Positions 1 through 11,830 of a DNA stretch of 54,290 nt are shown here, piece by piece. Positions within the stretch are counted from its first letter, which is position 1; every line of letters starts with the position of its first letter. The position numbers and the translations under genes were made by a program. The notes under the pieces are model-generated. The model saw nothing but the letters and a program-made list of their open reading frames with translations, was not told where the DNA came from and ran no database searches. The stretch is from assembly GCF_001194135.2 (NCBI RefSeq), contig NC_068991.1, forward strand, positions 17,867,553 to 17,921,842, in the 5' to 3' direction. This DNA is from Octopus bimaculoides (Eukaryota).

Positions 1-190
1 GACCCGGCAAGCCAAGTCAGATCGTTGCCAGTGCCCCTGGACTGGCTCTTGTGCGGGTGGCACATGAGATGCACCATTTTGAGCGTGGCCGTTGCCAGTA
101 CCGCCTGACTGGCTCCCGTAGGATTTTCGAGTGAGATCGTTGCCAGTGCCCCTGGACTGGCTTGTGCGGGTGGCACATAAAAGACACCAT
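1..190 (+). mobile_element. Retroposon 'family B' fragment with internal ~70-bp repeats
   Basis: Shares GATCGTTGCCAGTGCCCCTGGACTGGCT..GTGCGGGTGGCACAT units with 7974-8257 and 9456-9769. Confidence 0.75.
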
Positions 191-559
191 ATATATATAC
201 ATAGATATATATATATATATATAGATATATATATATACACATACATAGATATACATATAGAGAGAGAGAGTGGATGTTGTTTAGTACTTGGAATAGTTGC
301 AATGATTTTACTTCCTTCAGGAGATGAATTGGCAGAAACTGAAGAACTCACCAGACTAAAATGTTTTACGATATTTTATATTACATCAATAGAAAGCCAC
401 CAGAGATCAAAATGTAAACATCTTGCGAGTCAACATTGATATGGTTTCAAGTTTTGGTTGAAATAAATTCCCTCATATTGTTGATATCACCTGGAAAGGT
501 GTCAACATCAAAATACCCAATTCTTCTGCATCTGATTAAGCATTTTTTTTAAATTAGTC

Positions 560-829
560 TCAGCCCCTGAGCAGGTATTGCCAAGCTTTTGGCAAAATTT
601 GATGCAGATTCTCTGCTCAACTTTCTCTGTCATGGTCAGTGCGATGATCACATGCTACACGCCTTCCTTCTAAGCACTGCTGTAAACAGCAGAAGTGAGC
701 TAGAACATTAAAACTCAGTGCACAAGCACAGCAGAGTGCAAAGTCAATCTGTGCCAAGCGGCTTCACTCTGCATGCTTTCGCTTCATTACTATGGTAAGA
801 GTCCGGATACTTATTGATCAGACTACATA
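560..829 (-). mobile_element. Mariner 5' end: TIR plus transposase N-terminus (truncated)
   Basis: The - strand begins TA-TGTAGTCTGATCAATAAGTATCCGGACT (mariner-type TIR, 800-829) and later reads MTEKVEQRICIKFCQKLGNTCS. Confidence 0.75.
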
Positions 830-834
830 TTCTT

Positions 835-1236
835 TCTTTCTTTTACTTGTTTCAGTCATTTGACTGCAGCCATGCTGGAGCACCGCCTTTAGTCGAGCAA
901 ATCAACCCCAGGACTTATTCTTTGGAAGCCTAGTACTTATTCTATCAGTCTCTTTTTGCCGAACCACTAAGTTACAGGGACGTAAACACACCAGCATCGG
1001 TTGTCAAGCGATGATGGGGGGGGACAAACACAGACACACAAACACACACATACATATATATATACATATATACGACGGGCTTCTTTCAGTTTCCGTCTAC
1101 CAAATCCACTCACAAGGCTTTGGTCGGCCCGAGGCTATAGTAGAAGACACTTGCCCAAGGTGCCACGCAGTGGGACTGAACCTGGGACCATGTGGTTGGC
1201 AAGCAAGCTACTTACCACACAGCCACTCCTACGCAT
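835..1236 (-). mobile_element. tRNA-derived SINE 'family A', full length, with internal (AC)/(AT) microsatellite
   Basis: Head on the - strand: A box GGCTGTGTGG and B-box-like GGTTCAGTCCC. Many similar copies in the window. Confidence 0.85.
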
Positions 1237-1489
1237 ATATATATATATATATATATATATACACCCCAACAAGTCCTTATCTGAATGAAAAGAAAGAAAT
1301 TTGGCTGTTGTTTTAGCAACCATATTGGCTGTTGTCAGAAAGGGTGCAGCTTGGCAACTGCACTTAAAATATTACAAATTAAGTAGTTTGGGAAGTCAGC
1401 AATTCAGAGGTAAGAGTTTAGCTGACATTAAATAAATGTTGTTTGGTTTGGTTTGGTTTGGTTCAGTTCGGTGGTTGAAATTGGGAGGA

Positions 1490-1732
1490 TGATTGGGAAA
1501 GTGGAGGGGTGGTAGTGGTGAGGAGGTAATGGAAGGTTGGGGTGATTGCAGTGAAAGTGGTAGTACTAGGAGTGATAGTGGTGGTGGTGGTGGTGGTAGA
1601 AGTAGTAGAGAGTGATGGTGGTGGTTATGGTGTTAATAATGAGGATGGTAGCGGTGAAGGAGTTGATGTTGACAGTAGTAGTAGTAGTAGTAGTAGTAGG
1701 AGGAGGAGGAGGAGGAGGAGGAGGAAGAGGAG

Positions 1733-1765
<33 letters not shown>

Positions 1766-2260
1766 AAGTAGTAGAGGAAGCTTGTGGTGCTAAAAGTCAT
1801 GATGATGGTGGTGGTAGTAGTGATGGTGATTATAATTATGATAGTCACAGTAATTGCAATTATGTGGTCAGCAGTGGTGGTCAAGTTGGAGATAAGTGCT
1901 GAGTATCNNNNNNNNNNCAATTATGTGGTCAGCAGTGGTGGTCAAGTTGGAGATGATGATGATGGTGGTAGTAGTGATGGTGATTATAATTATGACAGTC
2001 ACAGTAATTGCAATTATGTGGTCAGCAGTGGTGGTCAAGTTGGAGATAAGTGCTGAGTATCGGTGGTGGTGGTAATGATAAGAAGAGTGGTGACAATTGA
2101 GATGTTGTTGTTGCTATTGGTGATGGTGGTGGTGGTGAAGTTAACAGTGGTGAAAATAGCAGCAGTGATGTTAGTGGCAGTAGTGGTGGCGGTGGCAGTA
2201 GTGGTGGTGATGGTGATTGTTGTGGTTCCAAGCACTGCTGTAAACACAACTACCAACTAT
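1490..2260. repeat. Compound (GGT)/(AGT)/(GAT)/(AGG) trinucleotide region containing a ~105-bp duplication across a 10-N gap
   Basis: Direct inspection; about 1800-1907 is repeated at about 1955-2060. Confidence 0.9.
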
Positions 2261-2565
2261 GTATATAACTATGTAAAAGATAATACATCTACAAGTACAA
2301 ATAACTAAGTTCATGAACTTTATGAACAGTGGGATGGTTATAACTATGTTGATGTTATTTAGCCCCGAGTCAATCTGGTCCAAAACAAACAATAATCAAA
2401 GGCATTATTTTATTCTTTTATTCTTCTACTTGTTTCAATCATCTGACTGCGGCCATACTAGAGCACCACTTTGAAGAGTTGTTTTAATCAAACAAATTGA
2501 CCCCAGGACTTATTTTTTAAGCTTAGTACTTATCCTATCATCCCTTTTGTTGAACTGCTATATAT

Positions 2566-2606
<41 letters not shown>

Positions 2607-2744
2607 AATANNNNNNNNNNGTTATCTGGCCATCGCGAACATTTTTATAATGGCCAGATAACTGAAGAGATGGCGGCGTGGGTTTCCGCCCTGACATCCG
2701 ACACTTTTGCCAAAAGCTTGACAATACCTGCTCAAAGCCAACAC

Positions 2745-3062
2745 AAAGTTTTCAGAAAGTTTTCATTGTTCTTGACACAATCAAAGAGATTTTGTGCAAC
2801 TGAAAACCGAGTGTCTTTTTGGTCAGCTGAAAGCTGTTTTGGCACAAACTTAGCAGACACACTTCTCATACCCAAATCTTCAGTGATAATGGACTGAACT
2901 GAACTATAACTAATCTGCATATCCTCTGATAACTCATAGATGGTGATTCAACGATTTCCCCACACAGCTGCAGGCAGATCTACGATGTTTTTCTCAGTTG
3001 TGCTGGTTGTGAGTCTCTCAGAACGTTTGTCAATATCATGGACAGAAAGACCGATTTTATGA
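2745..3062 (-). mobile_element. Mariner transposase internal fragment (HTH region)
   Basis: KRSERLTTSTTEKNI...NR*ITIYELSEDMQISYSSVQSIITEDLGMRSVSAKFVPKQLSADQKDTRFSVAQNLFDCVKNNENFLK, containing the mariner WVPHEL-region analogue AKFVPKQL. Confidence 0.85.
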
Positions 3063-3345
3063 CACCTTCTTGCAGACTACCTCGTTGACGAATGACAGGG
3101 ATCTTCTCTTTGTGGCTGGTGACTTCAATGGACATGTTGGACAACATGCAGGGGACTTCCATGGCATACATGGAGGCTATGGTTTTAGTTCCCACAATGA
3201 AGAGGGAACCAGGCTACTGGAGTTCTGCAATGCAAATGATCTTATGGTTTGCAATACCAACTTCAGGAAACCTGCCAGTCACCTAGTCACCTACTGATCT
3301 GGTAGACACATTAGCCAAATTGACTACATCCTCACCAGGAAAAGA
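3063..3345 (+). mobile_element. RTE-type LINE apurinic endonuclease fragment
   Basis: AGDFNGHVG..HGGYGF..NEEGTRLLEFCNANDLMVCNTNFRKPASHLVTY*SG..SQIDYILTRK: APE-domain motifs with a stop. Confidence 0.85.
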
Positions 3346-3669
3346 CATATCTAGAATTATGTTGTCCTTCATGCCCAACTTTCTTTTTTAAGACTGTTGT
3401 TTCAAGAAAGTTTGGCGACTATTTCTAGCAAGTCTTGCAACCATGTAGAGGCTCCCTCAGCTGGATAAGTAGTGGTGGTGGTGGTGGTGGTGATGAGGAT
3501 GAGGAGGGTAGACTACTAGTTCTGATGGAGGTAGTTATTCTGTGTTGATGGCTTTTATCTACCATTACATATTTTTTGAAGTGGCCACAACAGAAATATA
3601 TTTGTTTCCCTACATCATCAAAGAGTTTCTGTCTCCTCACTTTCATTAGCTTTAGTAGGTTAAGTCTGC

Positions 3670-4181
3670 AACTTCATGTTGTGTATCCAACAACAGAGAC
3701 AATCCATGCAGTGGAAACACCCCTCCTCACCTGTTTCAAAAGAGGCCAAGGTTGTTTCATCTGTAGGGAAAGTGATGGCCTCAGATTTTTGGGATGGAAA
3801 GTGCATTGTGTTTATTGATTATCTTCAAAAGGGCCATAATACAAATGGAGAATATTATGCCAGCTTGCTGAGGCAGTTACAAAAGGCTATCAAGACCAAA
3901 TGTCCAGGAAAACTGACAAAAGGGGGTCATGTTTCACCAGGACATGCTCCAGTAAATAAGTCCTTAATTTCAATGACTGTTGTGTGTGACTGTGGCTTTG
4001 ATGACGTTTTTGACCAACAGGATGAAGCTTTTTCACCAACAGGACCCTAGCACTGCAACACTGATGAAAGAAGTGTGTGGACCACAACGAGTAGGGTCTA
4101 TGTTGAAAAAATAAACCTCATTTGGTCCCATTCCATGAGAGTATCTTGGTCAGCCTATGAACATTTTAGCTGACCCTCATA
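3670..4181 (+). mobile_element. Internally deleted mariner element (catalytic-domain fragment plus 3' TIR)
   Basis: QSMQWKHPSSP..AKVVSSVGKVMASDFWDGKCIVFIDYLQKG..NGEYYASLLRQLQKAIKTKCPGKLTKG; ends ...TATGAACATTTTAGCTGACCCTCA-TA. Confidence 0.85.
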
Positions 4182-4893
4182 CATACCATTACTTAAGAGA
4201 AATCACTGAAAAATTAAGAGCAGACTTGGTTATTTACCGTCTTCTTAAAATTTTAACAATACCTCATCTGTTAGAAATAGAAGGCCGCCTTCAAATCACA
4301 TGCTACTGCTTTCAATAGAGAAGGATAAAATACAAGAACAATGAGGTATGTTTCCTGATACACAAATAAGATGGGGCAGTCACAGCTACAATATCTTTCT
4401 TTTGACATAATTAACCTGACCAGACGCTAAATACCCCCACCACCTTCACAAACAAACCACAAAAATAACACCAGAGTAAAGGAGTTAAAAAAAGAAATCT
4501 CAGCTAAACCAAATAAAACCAGTTCTACAATCTTGATTACACTTTCTCTTTCCATTCTTTTTTCTTCTTTTTTTTTTTGACTATTTTCTCTCCATTACTT
4601 ATTCATGCCAACAACCTGAGTGGGTGGTGGTGGGGTCAGCAGACTTCAATATTGTTAGAGCAATTTCTTATTGCTTCAACAGCTGGATGTCTGCCCTTTT
4701 TCTGCAGCTAACAATCCCAACCATGAAGTACAAGTGAAACCTGTTTGTCAGTCAGACAAGCCAGACTAAGTATGGGTTAGATGGTTATGTACTTGGCCCA
4801 GTTAAATTGGGCTAAGCCCAGCTGATATATCTAATTATGGCACTAACTTCTAGTGAAGTGGTTAAAATGTCCGAAACATAACTAACACTTAAT

Positions 4894-5125
4894 TTAACCA
4901 TTCAGCATTCGGGTTACCGTCAGATGTAATACCTACTTAGTCACATTGATTTTAATTAATCATGCATTATCTTGTAGCTTCAAGATTTCAATGATGTGAT
5001 TGTTGATTTTTTTTTTTAGGATGACATTGTAGGGTAGGTATGAGAAGCCAGATCTGACCAGTGTAACCATAAAACAAGTAGGATATATGAGCCAGATATG
5101 GCTAGTTTAAATGATAAAGGGTCAA
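4894..5125. mobile_element. Degenerate TTAA-type (piggyBac-like) MITE
   Basis: Ends TTAA-CCATTCAGCATT and AATGATAAAGGG-TCAA form degenerate TIRs of the CCCTTTAGCATT type. Confidence 0.4.
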
Positions 5126-5274
5126 ATTTGTATGTCTCTCTGCTTGTCTGTTTGCCTATGTTATACATCTATCTATTCTTTCCTTTTTAGTCTTTCAGTA
5201 GTTTCAGTCATAAAACTGCAGCCATACTGGAGCACCACCTACAATTTATCTTCTTTCAGTTTTGTTGTCTCTTT

Positions 5275-5470
5275 ATTGTTGGCTGTTGGTCTATGATTGA
5301 GTTTGTAGCAGCTGCTCTTCCCTGAGTATAACTTTGAATGGTTAGCTGGTCAAGTTTATCCAATGTTTTTTTTTTTAATGTTTCAGTAGAGGTCCCTTTT
5401 ATATTTCTAATTTCTTTAGATAGGCAGTTGAACAATTGGACCTTTAAATCTATTAATCTATTCGTCAATA
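5275..5470 (-). mobile_element. CR1/L2-like LINE ORF2 C-terminal fragment
   Basis: VQLFNCLSKEIRNIKGTSTETLKKKTLDKL...QGRAAATNSIIDQ resembles the LFNxLP..F..LD..L..NSL C-terminus of CR1/L2-group LINEs. Confidence 0.6.
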
Positions 5471-6987
5471 TATATTCACTTTATTGATATTTTCTCTCTG
5501 TCAATCAAAATCAATAATGATCTACATTGATATGTACCTATGAATTTCTCTCTTTCTCTCTCTGCTCTCTTTGTATGTATATATGTATACATATATATGT
5601 AAGTAGATATGTGGCTGTGTGATTTAGGAGCTTCCTTCCCAACCATGTGGTTTTGGGTTCAGTCCCACTGTGCAGCACCTCAGGCAAGTATCTTCTAATG
5701 TAGCCCTGATTTCATAAATGGAAACTGAAGGAATCCTGTTGTGCGTATGTACATACATATGGATGTACACATGCAAGCATGCGCACGTACACACACACAC
5801 ACGTGTGTAGCCTTCTCTTCACATTACATAATGGTTACAAACAAGTACTACTGTCACACAAGCAATATTATCTTTTTTCAGTCCTCCATGAAAAACCTGT
5901 CTGGTATTAAAGAAAAAAGAGCTTGCTTGGAAACAGGTGAGAGTTAATGATAAGAATGACGTTCAAAAACCTAGAAAGTTTGTGTCAACAAATTCTGTCA
6001 CATCCATGAAAGCAAGCATCGCAAAGCGGATATTAAGCAATGATGATGATGATGACGATGATCTGTGTGTGTGTGTGTGTGTGTGTGCTCGTGTGTGTGT
6101 GTGCACTCGCGTGTGTCTGTTTGTGTGTGTGTGTGTGTGTGCCCTCACACTGACACTGCTTGGGCACCAGTGTTGCCTATTTATCTATGTTTCATATATA
6201 TAGCATGTCCAGTAGCTTGGCAATTCAATACATGAAGACACAGAATAAAGAACTTCACTCATGAACAGTTAGAGGTTGGCATCAGAAAGGACAGTTACAA
6301 TGCCAATAACAAAACAGTATGTACTGCTGATCTTTTCAGCTGATTGACCAGATCATTATAGATTCAGCTATATATATATATATATATATTTAAATAGCCA
6401 ATCAAAGATTACTTGGCCATGACATAATATGAAACAGGTGAACTCACTTATTTGAGAGTGATGTATTTGTAGTGTTGTGTAGGTAAGTTAGTACTCAGTA
6501 CAAAATGTAGTATGAAAAAAAAAGTGATCTTACCTCATATTCTGTGTCTATAATAACCTTCAGAGTGTTTGTATCCACTTTCACTGAAAATAAACAAAAT
6601 CCACCGTTACCATCAACATCAGTTTAAGATGTGCAAACAAGGTAGCCTGTACATGGTCGCTTGACCTGCTAAAAACAACAACGAAATCTCCTTTAATTTA
6701 CATCATAAAATACTAGAAAACAAGACATTCGATAATGTGGTTCTGGGCTCCTTGCACATGGGCAAAAAATAGGAAGTTCATAGCTGGAATGTCTTTAGTC
6801 ATAGGTTTGCTCAATCAGGGTTGACCTGGGGTTAAACAAGAACAACAACAACATCATGACGAACTTCTATATAGATGCTCAATTTATTAGAAAAGGAGCT
6901 AAATCTTACAGAAACCAAATCTTAACATTTTATAAATGGTAGATAACATAACCCTAGATACTACTGCCTCCATCATCACACTGGCAT

Positions 6988-7258
6988 CATTACTCTTTTA
7001 CTCTTTTACTTGTTTCAGTCTTTTGACTGTGGCCATGCTGGAGCACCGCCTTTTAGTCGAGCAAATCGACCCCAGGACTTATTCTTTGGAAGCCTAGTAC
7101 TTATTCTATCGGTCTCTTTTGCCGAACCGCTAAGTTACAGGGACGTAAACACACTAGCATCGGTTGTCAAGCGATGTTGGGTGGGACAGACACAAACACA
7201 TACAGACACACATATATATATATATATACATATATACGACAGGCTTCTATTCAGTTTC
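6988..7258 (-). mobile_element. SINE family A copy running into a gap
   Basis: High identity to 835-1090. Confidence 0.85.
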
Positions 7259-7973
7259 NNNNNNNNNNNNNNNNNNNNNNNNNNNNNNNNNNNNNNNNNN
7301 NNNNNNNNNNNNNNNNNNNNNNNNNNNNNNNNNNNNNNNNNNNNNNNNNNNNNNNNNNNNNNNNNNNNNNNNNNNNNNNNNNNNNNNNNNNNNNNNNNNN
7401 NNNNNNNNNNNNNNNNNNNNNNNNNNNNNNNNNNNNNNNNNNNNNNNNNNNNNNNNNNNNNNNNNNNNNNNNNNNNNNNNNNNNNNNNNNNNNNNNNNNN
7501 NNNNNNNNNNNNNNNNNNNNNNNNNNNNNNNNNNNNNNNNNNNNNNNNNNNNNNNNNNNNNNNNNNNNNNNNNNNNNNNNNNNNNNNNNNNNNNNNNNNN
7601 NNNNNNNNNNNNNNNNNNNNNNNNNNNNNNNNNNNNNNNNNNNNNNNNNNNNNNNNNNNNNNNNNNNNNNNNNNNNNNNNNNNNNNNNNNNNNNNNNNNN
7701 NNNNNNNNNNNNNNNNNNNNNNNNNNNNNNNNNNNNNNNNNNNNNNNNNNNNNNNNNNNNNNNNNNNNNNNNNNNNNNNNNNNNNNNNNNNNNNNNNNNN
7801 NNNNNNNNNNNNNNNNNNNNNNNNNNNNNNNNNNNNNNNNNNNNNNNNNNNNNNNNNNNNNNNNNNNNNNNNNNNNNNNNNNNNNNNNNNNNNNNNNNNN
7901 NNNNNNNNNNNNNNNNNNNNNNNNNNNNNNNNNNNNNNNNNNNNNNNNNNNNNNNNNNNNNNNNNNNNNNNNN

Positions 7974-8257
7974 TGCCAGTGCCCCTGGACTGGCTCTGGT
8001 GCGGGTAGTACGTAAAATACACCATTTTGAGCGTGGCCATTGCCAGTACCGCCTGACTGGCCTTCGTGTGGGTGACACGTAAAAGCACCCACTACACTCT
8101 TGGAGTGGTTGGCGTTAGGAAGGGCATCCAACTGTAGAAACTCTGCCAGATCAGATTGGAGCCTGGTGATGCCATCTGGTTTCACCAGTCCTCAGTCAAA
8201 TCGTCCAACCCATGCTAGCATGGAAAGCGGACGTTAAACGATGATGATGATGATGAT
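7974..8257 (+). mobile_element. Retroposon family B 3' part with (GAT)n tail
   Basis: Ends CCCATGCTAGCATGGAAAGCGGACGTTAAAC(GAT)n. Confidence 0.8.
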
Positions 8258-8499
8258 TTATACAGCCGAAATCAAATGCATCCACTCAAAATTTCTTTAT
8301 CCTCAACTGTGGAAAGCAGTTTCATGTATTAATCTATCTTTTGTTGAGGAAGGTCATGCTTGAAACTATTTTTTTGCTGAGATATCTCAAGTTTATTGAG
8401 GCAACATGACTCACAGAAAATACAAATTCTATCTTTTGACAGATTTTAACATCATTACGGGAATAATATGAAATTTAATTTCATATTTTAAAAGGTTAA

Positions 8500-9400
8500 C
8501 ATTTCTGTACTGATTATTAAAATTAAAGATATTTAGTCATTTTGACATTTTAAAAGCAATGACCACAAGGTCACTGTTGTTTAGATCTGAATAAGCAGTT
8601 ATAGGTCAGACCTGATTAAACAACCTTATAGTCAAGGTTTAGGTATAACTTCTTATAGCATTTCTTACATTGACTGAAAGATTTCACAAAACACTGCTCA
8701 TTTTTCACATTTCTGATGGCAACCCATAGACATTTCAAACAATGACCACTAGATTTCACTCTATACACAAGTCATAGATATTAGCATTTAAAACAATGAC
8801 AAGTAAAACTTCAAAATACTGGTCATTCTTACCATTCCCACATTGATTACTAGGATTAAAGTTGCTAGTTCAATTTTGATAAATGTTATTTTTACATTTT
8901 TATAAAAATTAGTTTGATTCCAGGACAATAGTCATATTGATATTTCTTCTGGTGAAGGACAAAAATTAGCAGCAGTTATTCTAATTTCTTTTGATATAGT
9001 GACCGCCAGATTTTAAGACAATTTCATTTGGTATATCGATACAGATTGCAGGAATGAAAGACACTAGCCATGCTGACATTTGTTAAATGATTGCTAAGAT
9101 TTTGGGACAGTGGTCATTTTGATAAGTGTCTATTAGACTTCAAAATAGTGGTCATTAGATATCAGAACTCTTAGAGATATTTCAGAACATTTGGACACTT
9201 CTATTACTGATCCTCATGTGATGACTTTTTATTTTCGTAGAGTGACCAGTTGAATTTAAAGCAATGGTCATTTAAACATTTTCAACATTGACCATTAAAT
9301 TTCAGAATGAAAAGTAATCATTTTGGCCTCTGTAGATTGTTATCAGGATGTCGCTGGTCATTTAGATATTTCTGACTGCCTATGATCACTTTCAAATTTC
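8500..9400. repeat. Highly degenerate ~40-50-bp minisatellite-like array with recurring TGACCA/TGGTCA
   Basis: About a dozen TGACC/GGTCA pentamers in shared contexts (AAACAATGACCAC, ATAGTGGTCATT, GACATTT). Confidence 0.5.
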
Positions 9401-9455
9401 TACCAATCATTGATCAGATCAACTGGAAGCCTCATCATTGTAACCAATAGAGATT

Positions 9456-9769
9456 AGCGTGGCCGTTGCCAGTACCGCCTGACTGGCTCCCGTAGGATTT
9501 TCGAGTGAGATCGTTGCCAGTGCCCCTGGACTGGCTTGTGCGGGTGGCACATAAAAGACACCATTTCGAGCGTGGCCGTTTTCGTGCGGGTGACACATAA
9601 AAGCACCCACTACACTCTCTGAGTGGTTGGCGTTAGGAAGGGCATCCAGCTGTAGAAACTCTGCCAAATTAGATTGGAGCCTGGTGTTGCCATCCGGTTT
9701 CACCAGTCCTCAGTCAAATCGTCCAACCCATGCTAGCATGGAAAGCAGACGTTAAACGACGATGATGAT
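9456..9769 (+). mobile_element. Retroposon family B 3' part
   Basis: Same 3' end as 7974-8257. Confidence 0.8.
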
Positions 9770-9959
9770 ACAAACATATATACATACACACATACATACA
9801 TACAAACATACATACACACATACATACATACAAACATACATACACACATACATACATACATACATACATACACAAATACATATGATGGACTTTCCTGTCA
9901 AAGATGATGTATGAGTGTCTAGCTTTTTGCTGAATGACCTGCGCAAATGATTGGTTTAT

Positions 9960-10175
9960 TGTGATCAGATGTATGCTCTGGACATTAGCTCACTCCCTCC
10001 AGCAAATCGACATTGCCTGAACAGGTACACGGTGTACCACGTGTCAAGGTGTTGAAGTGATTGCAGAGCAATGTGAGATGAAGTGTTTTGCTCAAGAACA
10101 CAATGCACCACCCGGCATAGGAATTGAAACCACGATCTCATGATCATGAGTGCAACACTCTAACCACTAAGGCAT
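9960..10175 (-). mobile_element. tRNA-derived SINE 'family F'
   Basis: - strand head CCTTAGTGGTTAGAG...GGTTTCAATTCC and a CORE-like AAGTGTTTTGCTCAAGAACACAA segment on +. Related copies at about 18470-18670 and 40700-40965. Confidence 0.65.
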
Positions 10176-10227
10176 GTGTCTTAAAACCTATTTTTTGTTT
10201 GATTTAATATCTTACTAAAATTAAGGA

Positions 10228-10467
10228 TACTCTTTACTCTTTTACTTGTTTCAGTCATTTTACTGCGGCCATGCTGGAGCACCGCCTTTAGTCGAGCAAA
10301 TCGACCCCAGGACTTATTCTTTGTAAGCCAAGTACTTATTCTATCAGTCTCTTTTTGCCAAACCGCTAAGTTACGGGGACGTAAACACACCAGCATCGGT
10401 TGTCAAGCGATGGTGGGGGGACAAACACAGACACACAAACACACATACATATATATATATATATATA
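10228..10467 (-). mobile_element. SINE family A copy running into a gap at its internal (AT)n
   Basis: High identity to the other family A copies. Confidence 0.85.
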
Positions 10468-11779
10468 NNNNNNNNNNNNNNNNNNNNNNNNNNNNNNNNN
10501 NNNNNNNNNNNNNNNNNNNNNNNNNNNNNNNNNNNNNNNNNNNNNNNNNNNNNNNNNNNNNNNNNNNNNNNNNNNNNNNNNNNNNNNNNNNNNNNNNNNN
10601 NNNNNNNNNNNNNNNNNNNNNNNNNNNNNNNNNNNNNNNNNNNNNNNNNNNNNNNNNNNNNNNNNNNNNNNNNNNNNNNNNNNNNNNNNNNNNNNNNNNN
10701 NNNNNNNNNNNNNNNNNNNNNNNNNNNNNNNNNNNNNNNNNNNNNNNNNNNNNNNNNNNNNNNNNNNNNNNNNNNNNNNNNNNNNNNNNNNNNNNNNNNN
10801 NNNNNNNNNNNNNNNNNNNNNNNNNNNNNNNNNNNNNNNNNNNNNNNNNNNNNNNNNNNNNNNNNNNNNNNNNNNNNNNNNNNNNNNNNNNNNNNNNNNN
10901 NNNNNNNNNNNNNNNNNNNNNNNNNNNNNNNNNNNNNNNNNNNNNNNNNNNNNNNNNNNNNNNNNNNNNNNNNNNNNNNNNNNNNNNNNNNNNNNNNNNN
11001 NNNNNNNNNNNNNNNNNNNNNNNNNNNNNNNNNNNNNNNNNNNNNNNNNNNNNNNNNNNNNNNNNNNNNNNNNNNNNNNNNNNNNNNNNNNNNNNNNNNN
11101 NNNNNNNNNNNNNNNNNNNNNNNNNNNNNNNNNNNNNNNNNNNNNNNNNNNNNNNNNNNNNNNNNNNNNNNNNNNNNNNNNNNNNNNNNNNNNNNNNNNN
11201 NNNNNNNNNNNNNNNNNNNNNNNNNNNNNNNNNNNNNNNNNNNNNNNNNNNNNNNNNNNNNNNNNNNNNNNNNNNNNNNNNNNNNNNNNNNNNNNNNNNN
11301 NNNNNNNNNNNNNNNNNNNNNNNNNNNNNNNNNNNNNNNNNNNNNNNNNNNNNNNNNNNNNNNNNNNNNNNNNNNNNNNNNNNNNNNNNNNNNNNNNNNN
11401 NNNNNNNNNNNNNNNNNNNNNNNNNNNNNNNNNNNNNNNNNNNNNATGTGATGACGACAACAACGACGACGATGGTGATGATGATGATGAAAGGTTGCAA
11501 AATGAAAACAAATAACATGCGAATTCAGAAAATAAAAAAAATTAAAAAGTAGATTAGAAAAAAAAAACATTTTTTTTTTTTTAATATACAAAGTGGATCA
11601 AAGAAAATGACTATCAAGAAGATCTTTGATTATTGCAAGGCGACACTGTCTGATGCTATACATTAGACATGAAGCCTGGTTCATTGATTCTATCTGTTAA
11701 TCCGATCCCAATCCAGGTCACAGTGGTTAACAAGCTGCACAGCTAATGTATATCTATTACTACACAAATTACAGGAGAA

Positions 11780-11830
<51 letters not shown>

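Noticed and set aside
1787-2060. Biological tandem duplication of ~105 bp
   Set aside because: It straddles a 10-N gap and is probably a contig-overlap artefact.
4683-4770. Possible terminal exon after TTCTTATTGCTTCAACAG (LDVCPFSAANNPNHEV...)
   Set aside because: No recognisable homology and no upstream exon in the window.
7010-11591. Long ORFs of 275-406 aa in the track (also 44718-45658 and 30030-30473)
   Set aside because: They consist mainly of X residues from N gaps plus SINE or microsatellite flanks.
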